From the NCBI GenBank assembly GCA_025453495.1, contig JALOQM010000004.1, positions 28,990 to 92,989 on the forward strand: a stretch of 64,000 nucleotides of DNA. Reading direction: 5' to 3'. The stretch comes from Minisyncoccota bacterium (lineage in GTDB: Bacteria > Patescibacteriota > Minisyncoccia > Phycocordibacterales > UBA9973). Shown here piece by piece: positions 37,021 to 45,040 of this stretch. How positions within the stretch are numbered: position 1 is the stretch's first letter; each line of letters starts with the position of its first letter. A program made the position numbers and the translations under genes. Below the pieces are notes generated by a model. It made no database searches. It saw nothing but the letters and a program-made list of their open reading frames with translations, and was not told where the DNA came from.

Positions 37021-37299
37021 GCACTTTGGGCGTGGCTCTACAAAATAGACAAGGAACACAAGAGCTACAGCTTGATTTCAGACACCATCAGTGTGTTTGA
37101 AGACATTGGCTGGATGGTCGGTCCGATCATCGCCGGTATACTCTATAGTGCGATTGGCCCGACATGGACGATCGCTGTCGGTGGCGCACTTATTTTCTGC
37201 AATCTGATCATCTTTATATGCATGACAAAACATCCAATCATCTCGAGTGTTACGGATATGTTGCCTTTCAAACCACATCGCAAGCGTTATAAGCACTAA
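37021..37299 (+). pseudogene. Isolated C-terminal fragment of an MFS-type transporter (gene remnant)
   Basis: The open frame from 37021 (annotated ORF begins at a TTG at 37072) encodes only the last one or two helices, VGPIIAGILYSAIGPTWTIAVGGALIFCNLIIF, resembling the C-terminus of MFS transporters. There is no upstream body. It is opposite in orientation to the intact MFS gene at 35410-36666. Confidence 0.4.
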
Positions 37300-37312
37300 A
37301 AACGATACTGCA

Positions 37313-37338
37313 AAATCCCCGCTGTGGCGGGGATTTTT
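37313..37338. terminator. Bidirectional terminator hairpin
   Basis: aaaatccccgctgtggcggggatttt seen directly. 3' of the DEAD-box helicase gene. Confidence 0.6.
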
Positions 37339-37344
37339 GCGTGA

Positions 37345-38583
37345 CTATATAAACGTTAGTGCAGTGCCTACTTTGTCCCCACGACCGGTGCGGCCGATGC
37401 GATGGATGTAGGTATCATAATCCTGTGGAATATCGTAGTTTATGACATGCGTAATATCCGGAATATCGATACCACGCGCTGCAACATCAGTCGCGATCAC
37501 TGCCTGTATCTCACCCGTTGCAAGCGCCTTAACTGCACGCTCACGTTCGCGGTTGCGCATGTCGCCATGGAGTGCAAGGACTCTGAACCCGCGCTTGGTG
37601 AGTTCTTTTGCAAGATCATCAGTATGACGCTTCATCTCGCGGAAGATAAGTACTTTTTTTACTTCTGGACGAATAAGGATATCATGCAATGCTTCAATCT
37701 TTTGTTCTTTCGACTGTGCACGGACGACATTCTGGTCAATACTTGCAGCAGTATCTCGTGTTTTTACGGAAACAGTTACTGGATTGGTCAGGAAATCAGT
37801 GCACAGTGTCTTGATCTCAGGAGAAAATGTCGCAGAGAAGAAAAATCCCTGACGTTCCTTTGGCATCTTGCCGAGGATATAACGCATGTCATTCACAAAT
37901 CCCATATCAAGCATACGATCCGCTTCATCAAGGACGACAAGGCCGAACATTGATGGCTTTATGTTGCCACGATCGATAAGATCTTTGACGCGTCCTGGGG
38001 TACCGATCACGATATGGACACCCATATTGAGTTCACGAATCTGTCGATTGATCGGTGAGCCACCGACGCAGGAGACGGAAAAGAGGCGCATACCATTAGT
38101 AAACGAGCGAAATTCATTTTCAATCTGAAGCGCAAGTTCACGTGTCGGCGCGAGTACCATCGCACTCGCCTTCTTGTCATTGAGTAGCGTATTGATAATC
38201 GGCAATAGAAATGCTGCGGTCTTGCCTGTACCGGTATTTGCAATACCGATCACATCCTTCCCGGAAAGACCAAGAGCAATTGTCTGATCTTGAATTGGTG
38301 ACGGATTGACATAATTCTTGATAACGAGATTTTTGAGCAATGGTTCAGGAAAACCAAAATCAGCAAATGTGTGTGTAGACACATATACTTCTTTTTCTTT
38401 TGCGACTGCTTTGTTTATAAACAGTTTCTCATCGATATAATTGCCACGTTTTGGCTTGCGTATCTTGGGGCGTGCTACACCTCGAGATTTAAAATTTGGA
38501 CGCGAAAATTTCCTCGCACCACCGCGTGCATCACGCGATTTCCCGGGAGAAAAATCCCGAGTCTTATATTTAAGTGTATACAT
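37345..38583 (-). CDS. DEAD-box ATP-dependent RNA helicase
   Basis: 412 aa. Q-motif, Walker A ANTGTGKT, DEAD box VLDEADRM, SAT, HRIGRTGR. Basic RG-rich N-terminal tail. Confidence 0.9.
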   Translation of the reverse strand: MYTLKYKTRDFSPGKSRDARGGARKFSRPNFKSRGVARPKIRKPKRGNYIDEKLFINKAVAKEKEVYVSTHTFADFGFPEPLLKNLVIKNYVNPSPIQDQTIALGLSGKDVIGIANTGTGKTAAFLLPIINTLLNDKKASAMVLAPTRELALQIENEFRSFTNGMRLFSVSCVGGSPINRQIRELNMGVHIVIGTPGRVKDLIDRGNIKPSMFGLVVLDEADRMLDMGFVNDMRYILGKMPKERQGFFFSATFSPEIKTLCTDFLTNPVTVSVKTRDTAASIDQNVVRAQSKEQKIEALHDILIRPEVKKVLIFREMKRHTDDLAKELTKRGFRVLALHGDMRNRERERAVKALATGEIQAVIATDVAARGIDIPDITHVINYDIPQDYDTYIHRIGRTGRGDKVGTALTFI

Positions 38584-38703
38584 GTGTTTTGCTTGTTACT
38601 CTTGTTCTATCCCTATCACCTTGAGTACAAACACACAATGATACAAATAGAAGTTATTAATTTACTTTTCGAATATACTAAAAAATATGTTTTCTGTCAA
38701 TAA

Positions 38704-39834
38704 TCAAGAAATGCGACGCGGAAGGAGCGGTGAAATGCGCGCCATGATCTCGTAGTTGATAGTGCCGATGCGCTCGGCGAGCGCATCGGCAGACACAACC
38801 TCATGTCCCTGTTCTCCGATCAAAATGACTGTGTCCTCTTCCACAACGCCGGCAAGGCCCGACACATCAACCGCAAACATATTCATCGCGATCCTGCCGA
38901 CAATAGGACAGCTCGTGCCGCCGACAAGAACGAACCCATTACTTGAGAACCCCCTGTCATACCCGTCGCTATAACCCTGTGGGACGATGCCGATTTTCAT
39001 CGGTTGTGCCGTCACATAACTCAGTCCGTAGCCGATCGGATAGCCGGCCGGCACTTCTTTGACCTGCGCGAGCTTCGTCATCCATGAGAGCACGGGAAGA
39101 AGTGTGATTGAGCTTGAGAAGCGTTTACGTAATTGCGACGACGGCCACAACCCATACATGCCGATACCGAGCCGAACAAAGACCCCTCCCCAATTCCCCT
39201 CCTGTTCGACAAGAAATCCGGATGTGGCAGAAATATGGTGACGTACCTCGGGAAATCCATGCATTGCGGCATACTGCTTTGCTTCTATGAGCACCTTGTA
39301 CTGCTTGCGCGCATGATCAAGATCGTCGGTATCTTCAATGTTTGAAAAATGAGAATAGACAGCTTCTAGCGCTACATGCGAGTATGTTTTTATCTTTTCG
39401 ATGAACATCGGCAATTCCTCAATGAGAATTCCCTGCCTGCCGAGTAGGGCGTCGATCTTTACGTGCACCGGGATAACTTTTCCCGACTTTTGAGCGAATG
39501 TCGAAAGAAGAGAAACCGTCTCAAGATCATAGACACCGAGAATGCCATTTAACGCAACCAACTCAGAAAGTGCACCACGTGGCACGTAGCCAAAAATATA
39601 GACTGGCTTCGCTGTGAACACACGAATCGCTCGCAGTTCTTCGATATCATCGACTTGGAAAGCATCAACAAGCGGCTCTGCGATAGAGACTATTTCTTTG
39701 AGCCCGTGACCGTAGGCATTGGCTTTCACGACCGCGACGAGCATAGTATCCGCGGGCAGGCGCTTGCGAAACACTCCGATATTATGTTCGAGATTCGCGC
39801 GGGAAATATGAATATAAGAAAGCGGCACTGACAT
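38704..39834 (-). CDS. alr: Alanine racemase
   Basis: Start at MSVPLSYIHISRANLEHN (ATG at 39832-39834). PLP-lysine block VVKANAYGHG, C-terminal beta domain. Locally higher GC than surroundings. Confidence 0.9.
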   Translation of the reverse strand: MSVPLSYIHISRANLEHNIGVFRKRLPADTMLVAVVKANAYGHGLKEIVSIAEPLVDAFQVDDIEELRAIRVFTAKPVYIFGYVPRGALSELVALNGILGVYDLETVSLLSTFAQKSGKVIPVHVKIDALLGRQGILIEELPMFIEKIKTYSHVALEAVYSHFSNIEDTDDLDHARKQYKVLIEAKQYAAMHGFPEVRHHISATSGFLVEQEGNWGGVFVRLGIGMYGLWPSSQLRKRFSSSITLLPVLSWMTKLAQVKEVPAGYPIGYGLSYVTAQPMKIGIVPQGYSDGYDRGFSSNGFVLVGGTSCPIVGRIAMNMFAVDVSGLAGVVEEDTVILIGEQGHEVVSADALAERIGTINYEIMARISPLLPRRIS

Positions 39835-40013
39835 GGAGACAGTATACAGACAAAAACAGCTCGGCAAAAGCCGAGTTGTTTTTGTTTTGCGCGAGTGATG
39901 GGACTTTCCCTCGACTCTCAGCTCGTCGCCACTCGCCTCGCCATCTCGCATACTTGCTCGATATGGCTCTGGCGTTCAAGTCCTCTCGAAGCTTCGCTTC
40001 TCGTCCAGCCACG

Positions 40014-40037
40014 AAAAAAGCCCCGAAGGGCTTTTTT
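40014..40037 (-). terminator. Terminator hairpin 3' of the tRNA cluster
   Basis: aaaaaagccccgaagggctttttt seen directly. Confidence 0.55.
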
Positions 40038-40042
40038 CTTTG

Positions 40043-40116
40043 CGCGAGTGATGGGACTTGAACCCACGACCTTCCGCGTGACAGGCGGACGCTCTAACCA
40101 GCTGAGCTACACCCGC
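40043..40116 (-). tRNA. tRNA-Asp (anticodon GTC)
   Basis: Hand fold: acceptor GCGGGTG/CACTCGC, anticodon loop CTGTCAC, T-arm GTGGG-TTCAAGT-CCCAT, discriminator G. Confidence 0.85.
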
Positions 40117-40174
40117 AATTCTGGTTACTTTTCGAACATAGGCACTGTAGCAATTTTCGCGCCCATATTCAATG

Positions 40175-40248
40175 TGTCGGCGGGTGGAATCGAACCACCG
40201 ACCTTGGGCTTATGAGTCCCACGCTCTAACCGACTGAGCTACGCCGAC
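40175..40248 (-). tRNA. tRNA-Met (anticodon CAT), elongator type (G1-C72 paired)
   Basis: Hand fold: acceptor GTCGGCG/CGCCGAC, anticodon loop CTCATAA, T-arm GGTGG-TTCGATT-CCACC. Could alternatively be a lysidine-modified tRNA-Ile2. Confidence 0.75.
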
Positions 40249-40271
40249 ATATATGTATTTATCAAACCATG

Positions 40272-40343
40272 TTGCGGGGGCCGGATTCGAACCGACGATC
40301 TCAAGGTTATGAGCCTTGCGAGATACCACTTCTCCACCCCGCG
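40272..40343 (-). tRNA. Initiator tRNA-fMet (anticodon CAT)
   Basis: Acceptor CGCGGGG...CCCCGCA A with the C1:A72 mismatch diagnostic of bacterial initiator tRNA. T-arm GTCGGTTCGAATCCGGC almost identical to E. coli tRNA-fMet. Confidence 0.85.
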
Positions 40344-40370
40344 ATATACGATATTTTACAAACAGCCACG

Positions 40371-40574
40371 TCATTCTACTATAGATTTTTGATTATGCAA
40401 ATAAATAAGAATCTGCATGGCGGCTTCTTTTTGTCTGCTCGAGCCAAGACGAACACGGTCGATCAGAGAGATGATGTGTTTTTTATCATCACGACGATGT
40501 ATGAGTACTACCCACACAATAACCAAACCAAGCGCCAAACAAATAAAAAGATATCTCGTATATTCGGTATCCAT
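40371..40574 (-). CDS. Hypothetical small membrane protein
   Basis: 67 aa, one hydrophobic helix. Weak call. Confidence 0.2.
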   Translation of the reverse strand: MDTEYTRYLFICLALGLVIVWVVLIHRRDDKKHIISLIDRVRLGSSRQKEAAMQILIYLHNQKSIVE

Positions 40575-40673
40575 TTTCCCTCCTTTTCTTTTTTATGTAA
40601 GCAATTTTTTATACTATACTATAAAATATAATAGTGTCAAAAAATAGCATTTTACTGCATTTATTGAGTATCT

Positions 40674-42440
40674 ATGCTACACTATACCCCTATGGAACAG
40701 GAAAAACTGAACAATCAGAGACACACACTCGCGCACCTGCTCGCTCAGGCAGTGATTGAACATTATCCGAGCGCAAAGCTCACCCTCGGCCCAGCGGTCG
40801 ACAACGGTTTCTATTACGATATCGATTTCGGCGGAGAAAAAGTAACCGACGCCGATTTGCAGAAACTGGAAGCAACGATGCGCAAAAATCTTCCAAAGTG
40901 GACTGCATTCACCCACCAAGAAGTAACGAGAGACGAAGCGCTCACACAGTTTGACGGCAATGAATACAAAACTGAACTCATAAACGAAATCGCTGATAGG
41001 GGCGAAACCATTATCCTTTATACCTGTGGCGGTTTCACCGATCTATGTCGCGGCGGCCACAGCGACCACCCCGTAGACGAGATTGATGCTGAATCGTTCA
41101 AACTCGACCGCGTCGCCGGCGCCTACTGGCGCGGTGATGAAAAGAACAAGATGCTCACCCGTATCTACGGTCTCGCATTCGCGACAAAAGTAGATCTTGA
41201 TGCATTCATCTTCCAGCAAGAAGAAGCCAAGAAGCGTGATCACCGCAAGCTCGGCAAAGAGCTTGGTCTTTTCATTTTCTCAGAACTCGTCGGCCCCGGC
41301 CTTCCTCTCTGGACACCGAAAGGCACGCTCGTCCGTGAACTTTTGAACGATTATGTCTGGGAACTCCGCAAACCACGAGGCTACCAGAAAGTGACAATTC
41401 CACACATCACAAAGAAAGAACTTTACGAGACATCCGGCCACTGGGCAAAATACGCCGAAGACCTCTTCAAGATCAAGACGCGCGAAGATCACCTCTTTGC
41501 CATGAAGCCAATGAACTGCCCACACCACACGCAGATCTTCGATGCTGAACAGCGTAGCTACCGTGACATGCCGCAGCGCTACGCCGAGACAACCATGGTG
41601 TACCGTGACGAGCAGTCCGGCGAGCTCTCGGGTCTTTCGCGTGTGCTTTCTATTACTCAAGACGATGCACATGTCTTCTGCCGTGAAAACCAAATAGAAG
41701 ACGAAACAATGGCAATCTGGGATATCATCGAAACTTTTTACGGCACGTTTGGCTTCAAGCTCCAGGTGCGCTTTTCGCGCCATGATCCATCGACACCGGA
41801 GAAATATCTCGGTGGCGAAGAAGTCTGGGCAAAGGCAGAAGGAGCACTCAAGAATCTCATGGAAAAGAAAGGCATCACTTGGATTGACGGCATCGGCGAG
41901 GCGGCATTTTATGGACCAAAGATAGACTTCATCGCTCGTGACTCAATCGGCCGCGTGCTCCAGGTTGCGACAATTCAGCTTGACTTCAACCAACCAAAAA
42001 GCTTCGGTCTTTTCTGTATCAATGAACAGGGAGAAAAAGAGCAGGTCGTGATGATCCACGCGGCAATCATGGGATCGATTGAGCGCTTCATGTCAACACT
42101 CATCGAGCACTACGCTGGTGCATTTCCACTTTGGCTCTCTCCTGTGCAGGTAGCAATACTTCCAATTTCCGACAAGCATAGTGAATACGCGCGAGATGTA
42201 CTCGGGAAACTCAAGGCATCGGGCATTCGCGCCGAGATCGATGATTCACGTGAATCGCTTGGCAAAAAAATCCGCGCCGCAAAAACACAAAAACTACCTT
42301 ATCTCATCGTCATCGGTGACAAGGAAATGGAATCACAGACAGTCACACTCGAAGGACGCAACGACGAAAAGCACGAAGGTATTACATTTGATGCCACTCT
42401 CATATTACTTAGAGAAAAAATAGACAACAAGAACAACTAA
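40674..42440 (+). CDS. thrS: Threonine--tRNA ligase (short form lacking the N-terminal TGS domain)
   Basis: 588 aa. Begins in the editing domain (RHTLAHLL...GPAVDNGFYYDIDF), class II catalytic core and C-terminal anticodon-binding domain. Confidence 0.9.
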   Translation: MLHYTPMEQEKLNNQRHTLAHLLAQAVIEHYPSAKLTLGPAVDNGFYYDIDFGGEKVTDADLQKLEATMRKNLPKWTAFTHQEVTRDEALTQFDGNEYKTELINEIADRGETIILYTCGGFTDLCRGGHSDHPVDEIDAESFKLDRVAGAYWRGDEKNKMLTRIYGLAFATKVDLDAFIFQQEEAKKRDHRKLGKELGLFIFSELVGPGLPLWTPKGTLVRELLNDYVWELRKPRGYQKVTIPHITKKELYETSGHWAKYAEDLFKIKTREDHLFAMKPMNCPHHTQIFDAEQRSYRDMPQRYAETTMVYRDEQSGELSGLSRVLSITQDDAHVFCRENQIEDETMAIWDIIETFYGTFGFKLQVRFSRHDPSTPEKYLGGEEVWAKAEGALKNLMEKKGITWIDGIGEAAFYGPKIDFIARDSIGRVLQVATIQLDFNQPKSFGLFCINEQGEKEQVVMIHAAIMGSIERFMSTLIEHYAGAFPLWLSPVQVAILPISDKHSEYARDVLGKLKASGIRAEIDDSRESLGKKIRAAKTQKLPYLIVIGDKEMESQTVTLEGRNDEKHEGITFDATLILLREKIDNKNN

Positions 42441-42528
42441 ATACTTTATCCTTTCCTTATTTTCCTCTTGCTATACATATTCCAACATTCGAACGAATGT
42501 TGGAATATGTATTTTGCAACAACGCTAT

Positions 42529-42804
42529 ATGGAAAAACAAAAAGACCATAGAAAAATCAAAAGGATTATTAAAGGTTTCGCAAATAATTGGCGAATTAGA
42601 ACAATGGCATTACTCAAAGAAACCCGACTTTCTGTTGGTGAAATTTCAGAAAATCTCAAAACTGATTTTAAAAACATTTCAATTCATATCACTAAACTGG
42701 CTATTGCCGGTATTGTCATAAAACGATACCAAGGTAGAGAAGTGCACCTCAAGCTTACTGCTCGCGGCGAGAACATTCTAACATTCATTCGAATGTTAGA
42801 ATGA
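42529..42804 (+). CDS. ArsR/SmtB-family winged-helix transcriptional regulator
   Basis: First ATG at 42529 (the ORF-track start at 42514 is TTG). RIRTMALLKETRLSVGEISENLKTDFKNISIHITKLAIAGIV matches the ArsR HTH pattern. Gene is bracketed by related palindromes at 42473-42512 and 42774-42803. Confidence 0.65.
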   Translation: MEKQKDHRKIKRIIKGFANNWRIRTMALLKETRLSVGEISENLKTDFKNISIHITKLAIAGIVIKRYQGREVHLKLTARGENILTFIRMLE

Positions 42805-42931
42805 GGCAAAAGTAATACGATGAGAATCGTGATAGAATGAGCAAGTGAATTGATTAGGTCTTAAGTGGGACCGCAACCAAGGTCCGCAAACCTAGCAAGA
42901 CGAGAATATTAATACTTAATTATTTATATAT

Positions 42932-43126
42932 ATGTTTTCAAACAATCTCTACAACCTCATGATGCAAGCAGTTGAAGAGCACAAAAGTCTCTGGCGTATC
43001 AAGGATGATTATATACAAGACGCTGCAGCAGCACCGGAAGCCAAAACGTATTGGGAAAAGATGATACGCGAAAAAGAAGCGCATATCACCGAACTCACTG
43101 CGCTCATCAAAAAAGAATTAGCGTAA
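42932..43126 (+). CDS. Hypothetical small protein (possible target of the adjacent regulator)
   Basis: 64 aa, ATG start. Followed by a strong terminator (43138-43166: aaaaaccacccgaacgggtggtttttt). Confidence 0.45.
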   Translation: MFSNNLYNLMMQAVEEHKSLWRIKDDYIQDAAAAPEAKTYWEKMIREKEAHITELTALIKKELA

Positions 43127-43179
43127 CCACCTCCCACAAAAAACCACCCGAACGGGTGGTTTTTTGTGACACAGTAGTC

Positions 43180-44460
43180 TTAGTTAAAGATAATATTTCC
43201 ATTAACATCTAAATAAACCATGCTAAACTCTACACTATTTTCGTTCTTACGAAATGACGCAGCCTCCATAAGTAAACTTTTAGCATCTATCATAGTAATA
43301 AGCCTGTCTGGAGAATAGTTATTAATCAAAGCAAAAAAGACTGTTGTATTTGTTTTTTCTGCTTTTTCTATAAGATCTGTAAGACTTTTTACTGAAAAAT
43401 CGGATATACCCTCATCTGAAAGCATTATTATTGCACCAGCTTCTCTTTTTTTGTCTGAGTATTTTCCTGATTCATATTCTTGTTCCATCTTAGCAAGCAT
43501 TTCATGTGTCGCAGAAAGCTGATGTTCATCATCATCACCAGTTCCTGTTTCATTCATAAAAGCCTCAACGTCTTTAGCATCTTTGACTTTAGTATAGTTA
43601 TCCCAATCAATACGATTGCTGAAAGTAACCATACGATTATCATGTGATGAAAATCGGGAGTGATTCGCTGTCAACGCTTCAGCAATTTTTTCAGCAAAGA
43701 TAGTATTTTCTTCATCCATAGATGAGCTATTATCAAGTAAAATACGCGTATGAGGAAAATCAGAAAGCACTTGTACTAATTTGGTAAACTGTTCGGTATG
43801 TTCATTTTCTGCAGGCAGCTCGATCAAGATTTTTACATATCGGCAGGTCTCATACAATGCTTCTACTTCTGCAGGAGGAAGCTGCTCTATCTCGTCTTTT
43901 GTGTATGGCTTGTTAGTTAGTGGATTTTTTAATTGAGAAAGTGAGGTTACTCCCCTACCGTGATCAGGACTAATAGCAATCTTTGTATTTATTTTTTTAG
44001 CAAAAAAATTAGTTAATGCTTGAAAAGTCTGGGTCTGATATAAAGAGTCTATGAGCTCATAGTAGACGGTTTTTATCTCTTGGGCACGAGCTTCTGATAA
44101 TTCTTCATTACCTCCTTTCCATGTTGTTGTTTCTCGTTCATCACTTGAGACTTCAAGTGTTATCCGGGCTTGCTCTAGTTCAGCTGCTTGTTCTAGTGTA
44201 TTGTGCGCCTCCAAAAAATGAATAATAGTTTTTTTAAACTCCTCTTTTTCATGAGGATTCATTTTGGCTTCATTTTTGGGAAAAGCATTTTTAAGTTCAG
44301 ATTGTAAAAGTTTATCTTCCTGACTAGTATTACCTCCTTCTCTGCAACCACCTACCAATGTCGCAGCCCCTATCGCAAGCCAGGTAAGACTTCTTCGTAC
44401 ACCAGTAAGCATTTTTGTTTTTTTACTTTCAGTGTTATTCTCAAAAGTTACTTTTTCCAT
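43180..44460 (-). CDS. Lipoprotein with von Willebrand factor A (vWA) domain
   Basis: 426 aa. Lipobox-like LAIGAATLVGGC, vWA metal-site motif ILLDNSSSMDEE (DxSxS), later TGTGDDDE and IIMLSDEG blocks. Confidence 0.55.
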   Translation of the reverse strand: MEKVTFENNTESKKTKMLTGVRRSLTWLAIGAATLVGGCREGGNTSQEDKLLQSELKNAFPKNEAKMNPHEKEEFKKTIIHFLEAHNTLEQAAELEQARITLEVSSDERETTTWKGGNEELSEARAQEIKTVYYELIDSLYQTQTFQALTNFFAKKINTKIAISPDHGRGVTSLSQLKNPLTNKPYTKDEIEQLPPAEVEALYETCRYVKILIELPAENEHTEQFTKLVQVLSDFPHTRILLDNSSSMDEENTIFAEKIAEALTANHSRFSSHDNRMVTFSNRIDWDNYTKVKDAKDVEAFMNETGTGDDDEHQLSATHEMLAKMEQEYESGKYSDKKREAGAIIMLSDEGISDFSVKSLTDLIEKAEKTNTTVFFALINNYSPDRLITMIDAKSLLMEAASFRKNENSVEFSMVYLDVNGNIIFN

Positions 44461-44576
44461 ACATCATATTCTAACAAGAAATTAATTTTATACAAAGTAT
44501 ATTCTCACAAGTCAAATTTCTTGCTTGCGTTGTACCAAACAAGTGGAAGCTGTTTGCATGCAACTCACCGAAAATA

Positions 44577-45032
44577 TTATAAATACACAATTTCGATCCC
44601 AAGACGAAGTGCTTGGTCATGCTCCCACCGAGCGCCGTATGAAGATTGCCAATTTTGCATGAAGTAAAACGTTCTAATTTTCCCTGATTCAAATAGTGGT
44701 TGATAGAAATCAGTAAGGATTGCCTCAAGATACTCACCAGGCAAAAGGTCTGCTTTAAATCTCTGCATGGGAATCTCAAATAGCAACTGATCAAAGACAT
44801 GCATCCCTTTCTCTTGGAGCTCACGGATAACTTCAGCAAATGCGAGAAGATTTCCTTCTATCGAGCCTGCGCCACCAGTTGAAATCGGCCCACAGACCTG
44901 GACAACAGGATCAGGCATTCGATTAAGAATATTTTGACCGAGTTGATACATCTCAGAAACTGAAGCTATAGAAGCAAGTGCTGAATACTCTTCTACTGTC
45001 CAGTATTGCTTAGTAGCAGGCTGTAATTGCAT
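44577..45032 (-). CDS. Hypothetical protein (possible DUF4406 / nucleoside 2-deoxyribosyltransferase-like fold)
   Basis: 151 aa. VCGPISTGGAGSIEGN resembles the IAGPMTG motif of that fold. Weak. Immediately downstream of gyrB (operon-like). Confidence 0.35.
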   Translation of the reverse strand: MQLQPATKQYWTVEEYSALASIASVSEMYQLGQNILNRMPDPVVQVCGPISTGGAGSIEGNLLAFAEVIRELQEKGMHVFDQLLFEIPMQRFKADLLPGEYLEAILTDFYQPLFESGKIRTFYFMQNWQSSYGARWEHDQALRLGIEIVYL

Positions 45033-45040
45033 ATGAACTA

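Noticed and set aside
40380-40673. Looked for a T-box leader or obvious operator upstream of thrS
   Set aside because: No specifier-loop or T-box (AATTAGGGTGGNACCGCG-like) sequence recognisable. Only AT-rich promoter-like DNA.
41280-41783. 167-aa minus-strand ORF inside thrS
   Set aside because: Antisense to a conserved class II synthetase catalytic core. No independent evidence.
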